A DNA stretch of 64,000 bases, from positions 10 through 64,009 of the forward strand of contig CAZFEC010000008.1 in assembly GCA_964517435.1 (NCBI GenBank). Direction: 5' to 3'. Below, in pieces: positions 46,954 to 57,128 of the stretch. Each line of letters opens with the position of its first letter. Within the stretch, counting starts at the first letter, position 1. Both the position numbers and the translations under genes were made by a program. The notes below the pieces were generated by a model, which was given only the letters and a program-made list of their open reading frames with translations, was not told the origin of the DNA and did not search any database. The stretch comes from an uncultured Bacteroidia bacterium (lineage in GTDB: Bacteria; CAIWAD01; BS150m-G50).

Positions 46954-49900
46954 TCACTTCAACAGCATCATCTTGCGGGTCTGGTTGAGGTGCTCGCTCT
47001 GCACCCTCAGGAAGTAGACACCGCTGGCCAGGTTCCCCGTCTCCCGGCTGTCGAAAACCAGCACCTGGTGACCCGCCGGCAGGTAGCCGTCCCAGAGTTG
47101 CGCCACGCGCCGGCCCAGCACATCGTAAACGGTTGCCCGCAGGTGTTCGCCCGTCACCAGGGTTAGGTCGAAGCTGGTAACCGGATTGAAGGGATTGGGA
47201 TAGGGGTGGGAAAGCGTCCAGACATCGGGTGTCGTCAGCGGCTCACGCGTGCCGGTCAGCAGCAGGAAACGGCCGCCGTGGTTCACCTCTGTGTGAAGGT
47301 TCCCCGACTCGCTGTCACGATATGTATCACACCAGACCGTATCTCCCGCTTCCACACGGTAAATGCCATAGTGGCACTCCTCCGGTGCGCCTGCCGGTAC
47401 CGTAAAGGTGATGCGCACCGCGCCCGGCAGCTGTAACGGCAGCAGGTCGAATCCGGCGGTGCCGTCTGGAGTGAGATCGTGTATCACATAGCGGGTAGCG
47501 ACGGGAATATCCCGGCACAAACGCAATCGGTATTCATCCCCCGGTCCGGGCAGCAGATCACCGGCCGCCTGCATGTAGTTGCTGCTGATCAGCAGCGTAT
47601 CCTGTGTCACGTTACCCGCCAGATCGACGGCGGTTAAACCGATGACCACGTCGCCGGTACCGATGAAGAGATAACTCCCCAGATAGAGATCATAGGCATC
47701 CGGCTCGGTTCCGCTCTGGATCAACTCGAAAGTGACCGAACCGCTGCTCGCTGAAGCCGCCAGGGGCGGGGTAAGCGGCTCATCCACCATCACCAGCAGA
47801 TCGAGGTACTCATTCACGGCCGGATTGGGCAGAATCCCCGGGCTCAACGTCGGGGGGATGTTCTCCAGCGACACCACCAAGAGCGGGCCGCTGTCGCTGT
47901 TGCCGTCGTTGTCGAGTACGGTCACTTCCGCGACGGTGTTGTCGTGGAAGAGTGAATCCGGCTCGATCACCAGACAGTCGGCGTCCGGCAGATAGGTGAT
48001 GGCGACGGAATCGATCACCGCGATCTCCCATTCGAGGTACTCATCGGGGGAGTCGGGATCGTAGACATAACCGGAGAGATTCCGGAGCGTGTCGCTGCTG
48101 CCGGCGCGCAGGGTGACGGGCGGCAGCGTGTAGAGCTGCGGGGCGGCGCCGGCTGTCACCTGAAAGCGCCACCAGGCCGCAGCGGTATCACCATCCGGAT
48201 CCTCCACCGCGAAGAGGAGACTGTCACTGCCGGTGATCATCAGCGAGTTGAATGTGACACAACGTGATACAGTGTCCAGAATCGCTTCCACCAGGTTCCC
48301 GCCGCTCCAACTCCAATCGAGACTGGTGACGGGATCATCGTGATCGTAGACATAATCGTCCAGCGGCCAGGGACCGGAGGTGGTCAGCGTGGACAACGTC
48401 AACTCCGGGAAATCGAATATGAGCGGTACGCCGGTCGTGTCGATCACCAGCAGACGGCAGTCGTCGCCGGTCAGGTTGGAATCAGGATCGAAACAGTAGA
48501 AGGCGATGTCGGTAAGGCTGCCGGGCGTGAGGGGCGCGGTAACCTGAACCAGATGGCTGGCCGGGTCGACCGACACCTGGAAGGGCGCGGGATCGGTGAA
48601 CGCCCAGGTCATCTGGTCCGGATCGTGATCGAAATCCCAGACATGGTCGTCCAGATCGAGGTGGTTGTCCACCTCACCCGGGAGCAGTAGCAGATCGGGC
48701 AGGGCGGCTGCCTGCGGCAGTCCATTGTAGAGGAGAACCGCCGTAACCGCCGCGGTCGCGCTGTTCTGATCGGGATCGGTAACGGTGAACTGCAGCTCCT
48801 CCCAGCCCTGTGTCGCCGGCGACGCGCTGAGCGTAGCCACATGTGTCACACTGTTGATCTGAACCGAGACCAGGTCGCCGCTGCCGGCGGACCAGCTCAG
48901 TTGCGAATCGGCGTGATCGGCGTCGGCAACATAATCATCCAGATAAAGCAGTTCGCCGGTTCCGTTGTGTAACACCTGGGCCGGGATGACGGCCAATACC
49001 GGCGGCGCGCTGGCAACCTGCACGATCAGCGTGTCCTGGTCCTGCAGCGGTTCCGGATCGCTGACCGTCAGCAGATAGGGAAAAGACTGGCCGATCAGCG
49101 AGACGGCGGTGGTGAAGAAGCGGAGTGTTCCCTCGTAGGTATCCACCACGGTCGAGATGCTGTCATGCGCGCCCGCCAGGGTCCAGATCATCTCCTGCCA
49201 GTCGTGATCGGGGTCGTAGACCAGGTCCGGCAGCTGGAGGACCAGCTCGCTGCCGGGGTGCAGCGGGAACAGGAGCGGTTCGGTAAGCAATGGTGCGTCG
49301 TTGACCGGCGTTACCTCCAGCGGTATAAAAGAAGTATCCGCCAGGCCCAGGGGATCGCTGACGATAAAAGTGACGCTGTCGCTGCCGCTCCAGTTCAGGG
49401 GCGGGGTCAGTCGCGCCCGGTGCGACACCGGATCAATCGCGAGCGTCACCAGGCTCTGTTCCGGCACCGCGTAGGTCAACCAGCCGGCGGCATGGTCGTT
49501 GTCGGTCACGAAGTCATCCAGGACGAGCGAGCTGTCGACGTCATCTTCCGCCCAGCTTACCAGCGGCAGCGGTTCCGCAACCTGGGGCGCGTCGTCACAC
49601 AGCACGGCCAGCGTGTCCACGGCGGCGGTCAAGTCGGGCGCCGTAGCTTGAATCGCCACCTCCAGCCAGGCCGGCGTTACCGGCAGGCGGTTGAAGATGA
49701 ACAGGAAGGCCTCGCTGTCTACCCGCACCGTGTCGATGGTGGCCGAGTTACCGCCGGCCAGCACCTCATAGCTGATGACGAATTCCGAATCGGGACAGAA
49801 GAACGCCTCCAGGTGATCGTAGAGGTTCAGGGTGTCGCAGGGCTGGAAAGTCGTCAGCTGCAGATCGGGCAGGGGCGGGTAGAAAGCGAAACCGGCGATT

Positions 49901-50478
49901 TCAATGTAGGGGACCGTTTCGAGGTTGAAGCTCCACTCGGCACCGCTCTCCGCCTGCCAGTACAGCGTGTTGCGGAACTCCAGGTTGTCGTGATCGACGG
50001 TAACGGGTCTCCCCGCGAATTCGCTCAACGCCCGCACCCGGAAACGCAACGCGTCGGCGGCGTTGGCGCAGCTGGGGCGCGGTTCGTCCCCCTGACCGGT
50101 CTGTATGATGTAATCGAGTTGCGTGCCCGGAATGCCGTTGCCGGGATCGTCGTGGGTGTGGTTGGCCAGGACGACGGCACCACCACAGGGTGCGAACCAG
50201 CCCTCGCCCACCTGCTGGAAAGGCGAATCGTCATCGCCCGGCACCAGCTGCAGGATACCCTCCTGCAGGGTCAGCATGATCTGGAAGCCGGTCAGCAGCT
50301 CGGCGTGTGAATCGATGTGCAGGTAGAGGTCGGTTTCCTCGCCCATGTGCAGGAAGAGGCTGTCCCGGCCGTCGACGGTGTGCAAACGCAGATCGCTGAA
50401 ACCTTCGTCGCGCGTCGCCAGAGCCGCGCCGGCGAATGTGATACAGAACAGGATTGTCAGCGGGAGGAGCCGTCTCAT
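46954..50478 (-). CDS. Giant secreted protein with cadherin-like repeats and C-terminal T9SS sorting domain
   Basis: ATG 50478 overlaps the upstream stop (ATGA). Signal peptide. At least six repeats carry LDDYVxDxDHxxxxLxWS, plus VNDAP. C-terminus ...HPYPNPFNP...GVYFLRV... is T9SS type-A CTD-like. Confidence 0.7.
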   Translation of the reverse strand: MRRLLPLTILFCITFAGAALATRDEGFSDLRLHTVDGRDSLFLHMGEETDLYLHIDSHAELLTGFQIMLTLQEGILQLVPGDDDSPFQQVGEGWFAPCGGAVVLANHTHDDPGNGIPGTQLDYIIQTGQGDEPRPSCANAADALRFRVRALSEFAGRPVTVDHDNLEFRNTLYWQAESGAEWSFNLETVPYIEIAGFAFYPPLPDLQLTTFQPCDTLNLYDHLEAFFCPDSEFVISYEVLAGGNSATIDTVRVDSEAFLFIFNRLPVTPAWLEVAIQATAPDLTAAVDTLAVLCDDAPQVAEPLPLVSWAEDDVDSSLVLDDFVTDNDHAAGWLTYAVPEQSLVTLAIDPVSHRARLTPPLNWSGSDSVTFIVSDPLGLADTSFIPLEVTPVNDAPLLTEPLLFPLHPGSELVLQLPDLVYDPDHDWQEMIWTLAGAHDSISTVVDTYEGTLRFFTTAVSLIGQSFPYLLTVSDPEPLQDQDTLIVQVASAPPVLAVIPAQVLHNGTGELLYLDDYVADADHADSQLSWSAGSGDLVSVQINSVTHVATLSASPATQGWEELQFTVTDPDQNSATAAVTAVLLYNGLPQAAALPDLLLLPGEVDNHLDLDDHVWDFDHDPDQMTWAFTDPAPFQVSVDPASHLVQVTAPLTPGSLTDIAFYCFDPDSNLTGDDCRLLVIDTTGVPLIFDFPELTLSTLTTSGPWPLDDYVYDHDDPVTSLDWSWSGGNLVEAILDTVSRCVTFNSLMITGSDSLLFAVEDPDGDTAAAWWRFQVTAGAAPQLYTLPPVTLRAGSSDTLRNLSGYVYDPDSPDEYLEWEIAVIDSVAITYLPDADCLVIEPDSLFHDNTVAEVTVLDNDGNSDSGPLLVVSLENIPPTLSPGILPNPAVNEYLDLLVMVDEPLTPPLAASASSGSVTFELIQSGTEPDAYDLYLGSYLFIGTGDVVIGLTAVDLAGNVTQDTLLISSNYMQAAGDLLPGPGDEYRLRLCRDIPVATRYVIHDLTPDGTAGFDLLPLQLPGAVRITFTVPAGAPEECHYGIYRVEAGDTVWCDTYRDSESGNLHTEVNHGGRFLLLTGTREPLTTPDVWTLSHPYPNPFNPVTSFDLTLVTGEHLRATVYDVLGRRVAQLWDGYLPAGHQVLVFDSRETGNLASGVYFLRVQSEHLNQTRKMMLLK

Positions 50479-53400
50479 TGCAGATGCATCACTTTGCGGG
50501 TGGCTCGATGTTCGGGAGTCACAGCCTGGAGGAAATAAAGCCCGGCGGCGAAACTCTCCGCCCGCCATTGCAGCTGATAGCTGCCGGGAACGATTGTATC
50601 ACGGTACAGCACTTCCACCTGCTGGCCGAGGATGTTGTATACCGCCAGACGCAGCGAAGTTGTTTCGTAAACGACCAGGGGAATGGTCAGACTGCTGTTG
50701 AAGGGGTTTGGCCAGGGAGGCGGCAGCTCGAAAGCGAGCGGTGGCGCCGTAACCACGCCGCTGGTGGTGCGGAAGGCGGTGTCGACGGAATGACCCTCGA
50801 GCAGCAGAACCGGCAGACCGCTGCCGGTGGGCAGGGTGAACCGCGCCAAAGCCAGTTCACCGCTGACGCCCGGACTCTGACCGTAGCGGGCTACGGCCAG
50901 CAGGAGTCGATTGCCGTGGGTTTGTATCACGGACTGAGCTTCGGTGTCGAACAGTTCGCACAGCTGCAGATCGGTGACTGCGCCCGGCGGCAAAGCCAAC
51001 CGGGCACTCCAGCCGATCAGATCGCTGGCCGGCGCGATGACCAGGGTCCAGGTCGTGTATTCTCCGGCCGGTTGCCGCTCCAGCTGCCAGACCGGAGTGG
51101 CGTTGTGACCGCGGCGATAGACCGGCGGCACGCCGCTGCTGTTCAGGTTTGTCGTGCAGAGGGTCAGATCGGTGATATAGACCAGCTCATCTCCATCAAA
51201 GTCACAGTAGGAGTTCCAGCCGGCGGAATCAGGCGTACTGCCGTAAGCTTCCACGATGGCGTTGAGGTCGGTGGCGTCGATCTGGTTGTCCGGGAGGACG
51301 GTGTCGCTGCTGTCGACGTAACCGGCGCAGTCACCGGCGATCAGCTGCAGCAGGTCGACATCCTCGGAGTTGAAGTGCGGATTTACCCCCTCCAGCAGAT
51401 CGCCGTGTTGAATGTCGAACGGGTAGTAGCCGCTGAGCCAGCCCGGTACGCTCGCTACCAGTTCCCAGCAGCCGTCCGGCACCGAATGCAACTGGTAGGT
51501 GCCGTCGGTTCCCAGCTGCACCTGTACGCCGGCCGCGGCCGGATCGATGTCGTTCTGGTTGAACAGCGAATCGGTCACCGGCAGCCAGGATCCCGGCTCA
51601 CGCAGGATCAGCGTGGATTCGAGACCGTTATAATCGCGCCCCTGCAGCTGGACGTGTCCCGAAACCCGGCCGCGCGACCAGGTATACGAAATAGCCGCCG
51701 GCGACTGGATGGTGGTGCCCAGAAGTTCGCCATCCTGGTAGAAACTGGTGAAGCGGTTGGCCTCGTCGTCCACCGCGAAGACCAGGTTGTCGATGGTGGC
51801 GCCGGTAGCGGGATCGCGGCGGGGCAACAACTGCAGCGTGCAGAGCAGGTGGGTGCCGTCACTGAACTCCGGCACCGGAGCGCCGTTTTCAAAGTAGGTG
51901 AAATCGAGGTGATGGCGACCGTTGCTGAGGTCGCCCCCGTGATTGTCGTTTTCCAGTATGCTCGCTTCCTCGAAGTCAGGTCCGAGCCGGAAGGGTGACG
52001 TGAGCGAAACGATATCGAAAGCGACCGTGTCCACGTCGACATAGAGGCTGATCATGTCGGCTGTGATCACGCCCGCCTGCGGATAGATCGAAACGGTGAC
52101 CGTGTCGCCGGGAAAGGTGTCGAAGCGGTAAGGCCGCATCTGCAGGTTGTAGCAGATATTGCCGCCGAAGCCGTTGATCGCCAGCGTACCCGGCGCTGTA
52201 AAGACCGGGTCGGCGGCGTCCGGTTCCTGGCCGGCGGGATTGCTGCTGACCAGTAGAAAGACGTGATACGTCTCATCGCCGGCGTCTTCCAACGGTATAC
52301 CCTCCCCGACCGAAGGTCCGGTCATGGTATTGGGCAGGAACTCCCAGGTGGTGATGTCGCCGGCCGGCGTATCGAGATGCTGGTCGATCGTGCCATCCTG
52401 TGAATTCATCACCCAGAGATTCGGCACCGACGTAGTCAGGTCGAACCAGGTCGCTTCCGGCAATTCGCAGCCCGTATCTCCCAGCAGCAGGAAGAGCTGC
52501 TGATGTTCGCCGCCGAAATTCCAGGCGTAGACCCAGCGCACCAGATAACTGGCGTGAGCGGAGATCGCCGCTCCCAGGGGCGGCGGGTCGACCAGCATCA
52601 CATTAGGAGCCGCCTGGAACCGGAACGAAGTGATCGGTTCATCCTCCGCGAGGAAGTTGTCGTAACCATCCTCGAAGGAACCCAGCCGTCCGGTGACGCC
52701 GTCGTCGATGTGGGCGTAGAAATGCAGCCAGCCGCTGTGCGTGATGATCTGGTTGGCCAGCGCGGAGGGCAGGTCGGCCGGATGCCAGACGTACATGTTG
52801 TCCGGCTGCTGGTCGGGATCCTCGTGGATACCCTGCACCATCAGCTCGCCGTTAGCCAGCCAACCATCGGTCGCGGCCAGGGTGTCGATCAACAGGTCCA
52901 TGGTCGCCTGGCTGAAGTCCGCCAGGCTGTCATCGCTGGCGTCGATGTAGAGCGCGATCAGGGCGTCGTCGTCGGCGTCCCGGTCGCCGTCTACTGTCTC
53001 CCCCCAGTTGAAGGTGAAGCAGAAGTCCTCCCCCAGGTCGATGGTAGTCGCGGGGGGCGTTTGCAGATCGATCAGCGGCGTGTGATACACCGTCACCGGC
53101 GCCTCGCTCTCGCGCAACACCGCGTGACGGCCGTCACCAGCGACGGCGTAGACGCTGTACTGGCCTGCAGTCACCCATTCGCTGGCTGAACTGTAGACGG
53201 TCCAGGGATACTCCTGGTAGAGATCGACCGGCAGGGGAGCCGGTGTGATCGCTTCGCAGCCGGTTAAGCCCACTACTGTCAACGCTGGTGGTGAACCGCT
53301 GGTGACTATCGCGTTTGCCGTGATGCCGGCGGGACCGTAGAAAAGAGAAACCTCCGGCACGGAATCGAGATCCTCGGCGGCGAACTCCAACATCACCTGG

Positions 53401-54371
53401 GGTGTGCCGCTGCCGTCCGGAACGGCCGAAAGCGGATTATACAGGCGGCCGGAATCGAGGTGCAACTCGGTAGTGGGGTCCACAGCCAGCACTTCCGGAA
53501 AGTGATACACCCGCAACCAGCCGCTGTGGCCGACGCTGCGCTGCGTGGTCAGGGAGGATGCGGCGTAGAGGTAGTATGGCGCCGCCTCGTTTTCCTCCAG
53601 TGCGGCCGTCAGAACCGCCTGTTCAAGGGCACCTGCCGGCAGGTTGATCAAGGGTTGCCCCGCCAGGTCCACGGCGGCGAAAGCCTCCGCCGTGATCGAG
53701 GTCAGGGCGGGGTTGGTACTCCAGTAGAGCGAATAGGTGGCTCCCAGTACATCGCTGAGCGTCCCGCTGCAGGTAAAAGCGTAGCCGCCGTCCCCGCCGC
53801 AGGTCGCCGTTGAATCCTGCTGCGGCGCGGTGAAAACCGCCGCGGGACCGGGGATGGCGCTGATCAAACCGGCCACGGCCTGGGTGGTATCGATTTCGGC
53901 GGTACCGATCAACTGAACCGGCAGGGCCGGGACGGCCGCGGCGGTGGTTGTATCACAACAGGCGAAGAGGGCGAGGAAACGGATGTTGCCCCCGCCGCCG
54001 ATGCTGGTTTCGCACAGCAGCTGCAGAGTGTCGCCGGCGACCTGCAGCGAAAAGGCGCCGCCAATGTCGGTGGCGTCGATTTGCGCCATTCCATTCAACT
54101 GACTGTCAAACTGGAACTGTGACGGCAGCACGATCGTGATCGTCTCACCCGCGATGATGTCCTGACTCTGCTCAACCTGCAGGATCAGGTCGCGGCCGTG
54201 AAAAGCGGAAGTCGTGATGTCGACGGGAGTGTAGGGGCCGCCGCCGGTCAGGTAAGGCAGCTCTATCGCGGTGGCCGACAGCGATTGTGCCACGTTGACA
54301 GCGGCTGCCGCCGTTCCAGTGAACCACAGGCACAGCTGCATAGTCAGCCAGGCTTTAACGCGCAGTCGCAA
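50475..54371 (-). CDS. Giant secreted protein with dockerin-like segment and C-terminal T9SS sorting domain
   Basis: TTG start at 54371 with GAGGAG 5 nt upstream; signal peptide. Dockerin-like DFDGDELVYITDL. C-terminus PWPNPFNS...GLYFLQ... is a T9SS CTD. Confidence 0.7.
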   Translation of the reverse strand: MRLRVKAWLTMQLCLWFTGTAAAAVNVAQSLSATAIELPYLTGGGPYTPVDITTSAFHGRDLILQVEQSQDIIAGETITIVLPSQFQFDSQLNGMAQIDATDIGGAFSLQVAGDTLQLLCETSIGGGGNIRFLALFACCDTTTAAAVPALPVQLIGTAEIDTTQAVAGLISAIPGPAAVFTAPQQDSTATCGGDGGYAFTCSGTLSDVLGATYSLYWSTNPALTSITAEAFAAVDLAGQPLINLPAGALEQAVLTAALEENEAAPYYLYAASSLTTQRSVGHSGWLRVYHFPEVLAVDPTTELHLDSGRLYNPLSAVPDGSGTPQVMLEFAAEDLDSVPEVSLFYGPAGITANAIVTSGSPPALTVVGLTGCEAITPAPLPVDLYQEYPWTVYSSASEWVTAGQYSVYAVAGDGRHAVLRESEAPVTVYHTPLIDLQTPPATTIDLGEDFCFTFNWGETVDGDRDADDDALIALYIDASDDSLADFSQATMDLLIDTLAATDGWLANGELMVQGIHEDPDQQPDNMYVWHPADLPSALANQIITHSGWLHFYAHIDDGVTGRLGSFEDGYDNFLAEDEPITSFRFQAAPNVMLVDPPPLGAAISAHASYLVRWVYAWNFGGEHQQLFLLLGDTGCELPEATWFDLTTSVPNLWVMNSQDGTIDQHLDTPAGDITTWEFLPNTMTGPSVGEGIPLEDAGDETYHVFLLVSSNPAGQEPDAADPVFTAPGTLAINGFGGNICYNLQMRPYRFDTFPGDTVTVSIYPQAGVITADMISLYVDVDTVAFDIVSLTSPFRLGPDFEEASILENDNHGGDLSNGRHHLDFTYFENGAPVPEFSDGTHLLCTLQLLPRRDPATGATIDNLVFAVDDEANRFTSFYQDGELLGTTIQSPAAISYTWSRGRVSGHVQLQGRDYNGLESTLILREPGSWLPVTDSLFNQNDIDPAAAGVQVQLGTDGTYQLHSVPDGCWELVASVPGWLSGYYPFDIQHGDLLEGVNPHFNSEDVDLLQLIAGDCAGYVDSSDTVLPDNQIDATDLNAIVEAYGSTPDSAGWNSYCDFDGDELVYITDLTLCTTNLNSSGVPPVYRRGHNATPVWQLERQPAGEYTTWTLVIAPASDLIGWSARLALPPGAVTDLQLCELFDTEAQSVIQTHGNRLLLAVARYGQSPGVSGELALARFTLPTGSGLPVLLLEGHSVDTAFRTTSGVVTAPPLAFELPPPWPNPFNSSLTIPLVVYETTSLRLAVYNILGQQVEVLYRDTIVPGSYQLQWRAESFAAGLYFLQAVTPEHRATRKVMHLQ

Positions 54372-54875
54372 GCGGACTCCTCAAGCTTGGGCGAGCTTTG
54401 GAAAAGCCGTCACCGGCGAATCCTGGACAACAGGCACATCAGTACATTTCCAGCCCTGCTCGCTTTACATAATATGCAGCAAGAGCCATGCCAGCGCTCC
54501 AGCTCCGTCAACAGCACGTAAGCATTCTCCCATTGTGATAAATAACAAGGTGATACGACTGCGCAACTTCAGAATGGATGAACTTCCGGAGCCGTTTCGC
54601 AGAACGACAGGCGCGGTAAAGGTTTCCCCACCGGAAACAATTACCTGGAAACCTGATGTGTACCACCCCATGCTCGGGGCGACTCCGCCGGTTCAGGAAG
54701 TGGTTGTGTGCGGTACGCCGCCGCCTGGACCGCCAATCTTTTCCCTCGGCCGGCCGGTTACAAAAACTGTTGGCACTTCAGTTGATGATTTTACATATTG
54801 CCTGCAGAGAAGTGAGCGGAAGCGACGTGATACATTCGATCGGTTCAGTTATTGAATGAGAGTGATCCCGCGTCG

Positions 54876-55769
54876 ATGAGTGACAAAGTTGATACCATCC
54901 GGGCGATGCAGGAGCGGATCCTCAGCATCCGTGATCTGCCGACACTGCCTGTTGTCGCGGTGGAGATCATGGGACTGGTTCAGCGCGACTCTTCCTCAGT
55001 CATGGATGTCGCCCAGGTCATGTACCGCGATCCGGTCCTGACCGCCAAAGTACTCAAGCTCGCCAATTCCGCCTTCTACGGTCTACGACGCCAGGTCGAA
55101 ACCCTCAACCAGGCCATGGTAGTGCTGGGTTTCAGTGAGATACTCAACCTGGTGCAGAGCGTGTCGGTAGTACAGGCGTTCAAGGATGAGCAATTCGAGG
55201 ACAGTTTCGATCTCAACGCTTTCTGGGACCATTCCGTCGGCACCGGCGAGATCAGCCGGGCGCTGGCGACCAAGGTCGGATTGCGGTTTGACGGAGCCGA
55301 TTTCACGGCGGGATTGATTCACGACATCGGCAAGGTGGTCCTGGAGATGTACTTCCACGAGGACTTCACCCGCGCGCTGAAGACTTCACGCACCAGCGAG
55401 ACACCACTGTATCAATCGGAGCGGAAAGTGCTGGGTGTTGACCACACCGAGATCGGCACCTGGCTGGCGGAGCGCTGGACACTGCCGGAACGACTCGTCG
55501 ATGTGATACAAAACCACCATGCTCCGCTCCAGAGTTCCCGTGATAAAGTACTGGTGGCGATCGTCCATCTCGCCAATACGCTGGCCAAGGTCGCCAATAT
55601 CGGCTTCAGCGGCGACCGGGTGGTCTTCGACCTGAAACAGGATCCCGCCTGGCTGTTGCTGGAACGGGAGGCGCCCGCCATGGAACAATTCGATCTGGCC
55701 CGTTTCACATTCGAGCTGGACGACAAAGTGGAACGGGCACGTGATTTCATGCGCATCGTGAGCAGCTAA
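54876..55769 (+). CDS. HDOD domain signalling protein
   Basis: LPTLPVVAVEIMGLV...DPVLTAKVLKLANSAFYG is the HDOD signature. Start ambiguous (TTG 54852 or ATG 54876). Confidence 0.7.
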   Translation: MSDKVDTIRAMQERILSIRDLPTLPVVAVEIMGLVQRDSSSVMDVAQVMYRDPVLTAKVLKLANSAFYGLRRQVETLNQAMVVLGFSEILNLVQSVSVVQAFKDEQFEDSFDLNAFWDHSVGTGEISRALATKVGLRFDGADFTAGLIHDIGKVVLEMYFHEDFTRALKTSRTSETPLYQSERKVLGVDHTEIGTWLAERWTLPERLVDVIQNHHAPLQSSRDKVLVAIVHLANTLAKVANIGFSGDRVVFDLKQDPAWLLLEREAPAMEQFDLARFTFELDDKVERARDFMRIVSS

Positions 55770-55783
55770 ATCGGAGACTGAAC

Positions 55784-56626
55784 GTGCATCATCTCGATGA
55801 AGTAGTGGTGCAAGCCAGGCAGCAACTCTACGACTGTTCCGGTATCTATATTTCCGGCAACCAACTATCGTACTTCGAGCGACAGATCCTCGCCCGGATG
55901 GAGGAACTGGAGCTGGAATCGGGATTCGATTATCTGGAAAGGCTGAGCAACGGTACGCAGGACGATGAGATCAGTCAACTGTTGAAGCGGGTCTTCGTAT
56001 CCGACACCCGCTTTTTCAGCCACCGCTTCCAGATTAACGCCATCGTGGAATACGCGATACCGGAAATCCTGCATGAACGCAACCTCGACAGAATCAACAT
56101 CTGGTATCACGGGATGGCCCGTGGGGAAGGGCTTTATTCGCTACTCCTGCTGCTGAACGAACAGGTGCGCCGCATCACCCGCAAGTGCCAATACCGGATC
56201 ATCGGCAGCGATGTCGACAGCCTGGCGCTGGAGCGCACGCGTCAGGCCAAGTTCCGCTGGTCCTCCCTGTCGCACCTTGATGAGGAACTGCGTAAGACCT
56301 ACTTCGAAGTGGTGGACAACACCAAGTATCGCTTCCTCCCCCTGCCGGACCAGGAGCTGGAGTTCCTGCAACTGGTTCCGCACGAAGACGAGCAGTGGCA
56401 GGCTGTCGAGACTGTGGATCTGATCATATTCCAGAATATCCTGATGTATTACGGTCTGCGGCAGCGTCAACAGATCGCCGAGAAGCTTTATAACAAGCTG
56501 AATCCGCTCGGGTACCTGTTCGTCGGACCGACCGAGTCGCTGTACCAGGTTACCGATAGCTTCAACATCATCCATTTCACCAAGACACTGGGCTACAAGA
56601 AGCCGGGTGACGGTTCACAAAAGTGA
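55784..56626 (+). CDS. CheR-type protein-glutamate O-methyltransferase
   Basis: TRFFSH (compare CheR TxFFR) and a SAM-binding region (IWYHGMARGEG). Confidence 0.7.
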   Translation: MHHLDEVVVQARQQLYDCSGIYISGNQLSYFERQILARMEELELESGFDYLERLSNGTQDDEISQLLKRVFVSDTRFFSHRFQINAIVEYAIPEILHERNLDRINIWYHGMARGEGLYSLLLLLNEQVRRITRKCQYRIIGSDVDSLALERTRQAKFRWSSLSHLDEELRKTYFEVVDNTKYRFLPLPDQELEFLQLVPHEDEQWQAVETVDLIIFQNILMYYGLRQRQQIAEKLYNKLNPLGYLFVGPTESLYQVTDSFNIIHFTKTLGYKKPGDGSQK

Positions 56627-56677
56627 TACACAACGCTTGAGCTGACACCAGTTGCGGTGCTGGAAAAGGGGATGCGC

Positions 56678-57121
56678 ATGAAAAAAGCTTCCGTGGAGGC
56701 ATTCCGGCGGCTGCAGGATTTCAACCGGCCGATAGACGAACGGATGTCGGAACACTTCTCGACATCCCACCAGGTAATCGGTTCGCTGCACATGAGCTGG
56801 AAACCGCCGATGGATGTTTTCTTTTCCAGCGGCAACCTGGTCATCATCATGGATATCGCCGGGGTAAGCGAGCAACAGTTGTATCTCTCCTGTCAGGACC
56901 AGCGGCTGGTTATCCGCGGTATCCGTCAGGAACCGGGGCGTTATCCCCAGCGGGAATTTCACCAGCTGGAGGTGAATTTCGGGCCCTTTCAACGCAGCTT
57001 GACCATCCCTTTCAAAGTGAACGAAGAGGAAATCCGCGCCCGTTACCGCGATGGTTTTCTGGAGATAGTGATTCCGATGGATCAGATGGATGACCGGCAA
57101 GTGATTCTGGAACTGGACTGA
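56678..57121 (+). CDS. Hsp20/alpha-crystallin small heat-shock protein
   Basis: Alpha-crystallin domain (DQRLVIRGIRQEP...GFLEIVIP). ATG 56678 sits 6 nt after AAGGGG. Confidence 0.8.
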   Translation: MKKASVEAFRRLQDFNRPIDERMSEHFSTSHQVIGSLHMSWKPPMDVFFSSGNLVIIMDIAGVSEQQLYLSCQDQRLVIRGIRQEPGRYPQREFHQLEVNFGPFQRSLTIPFKVNEEEIRARYRDGFLEIVIPMDQMDDRQVILELD

Positions 57122-57128
57122 GGTGGAA

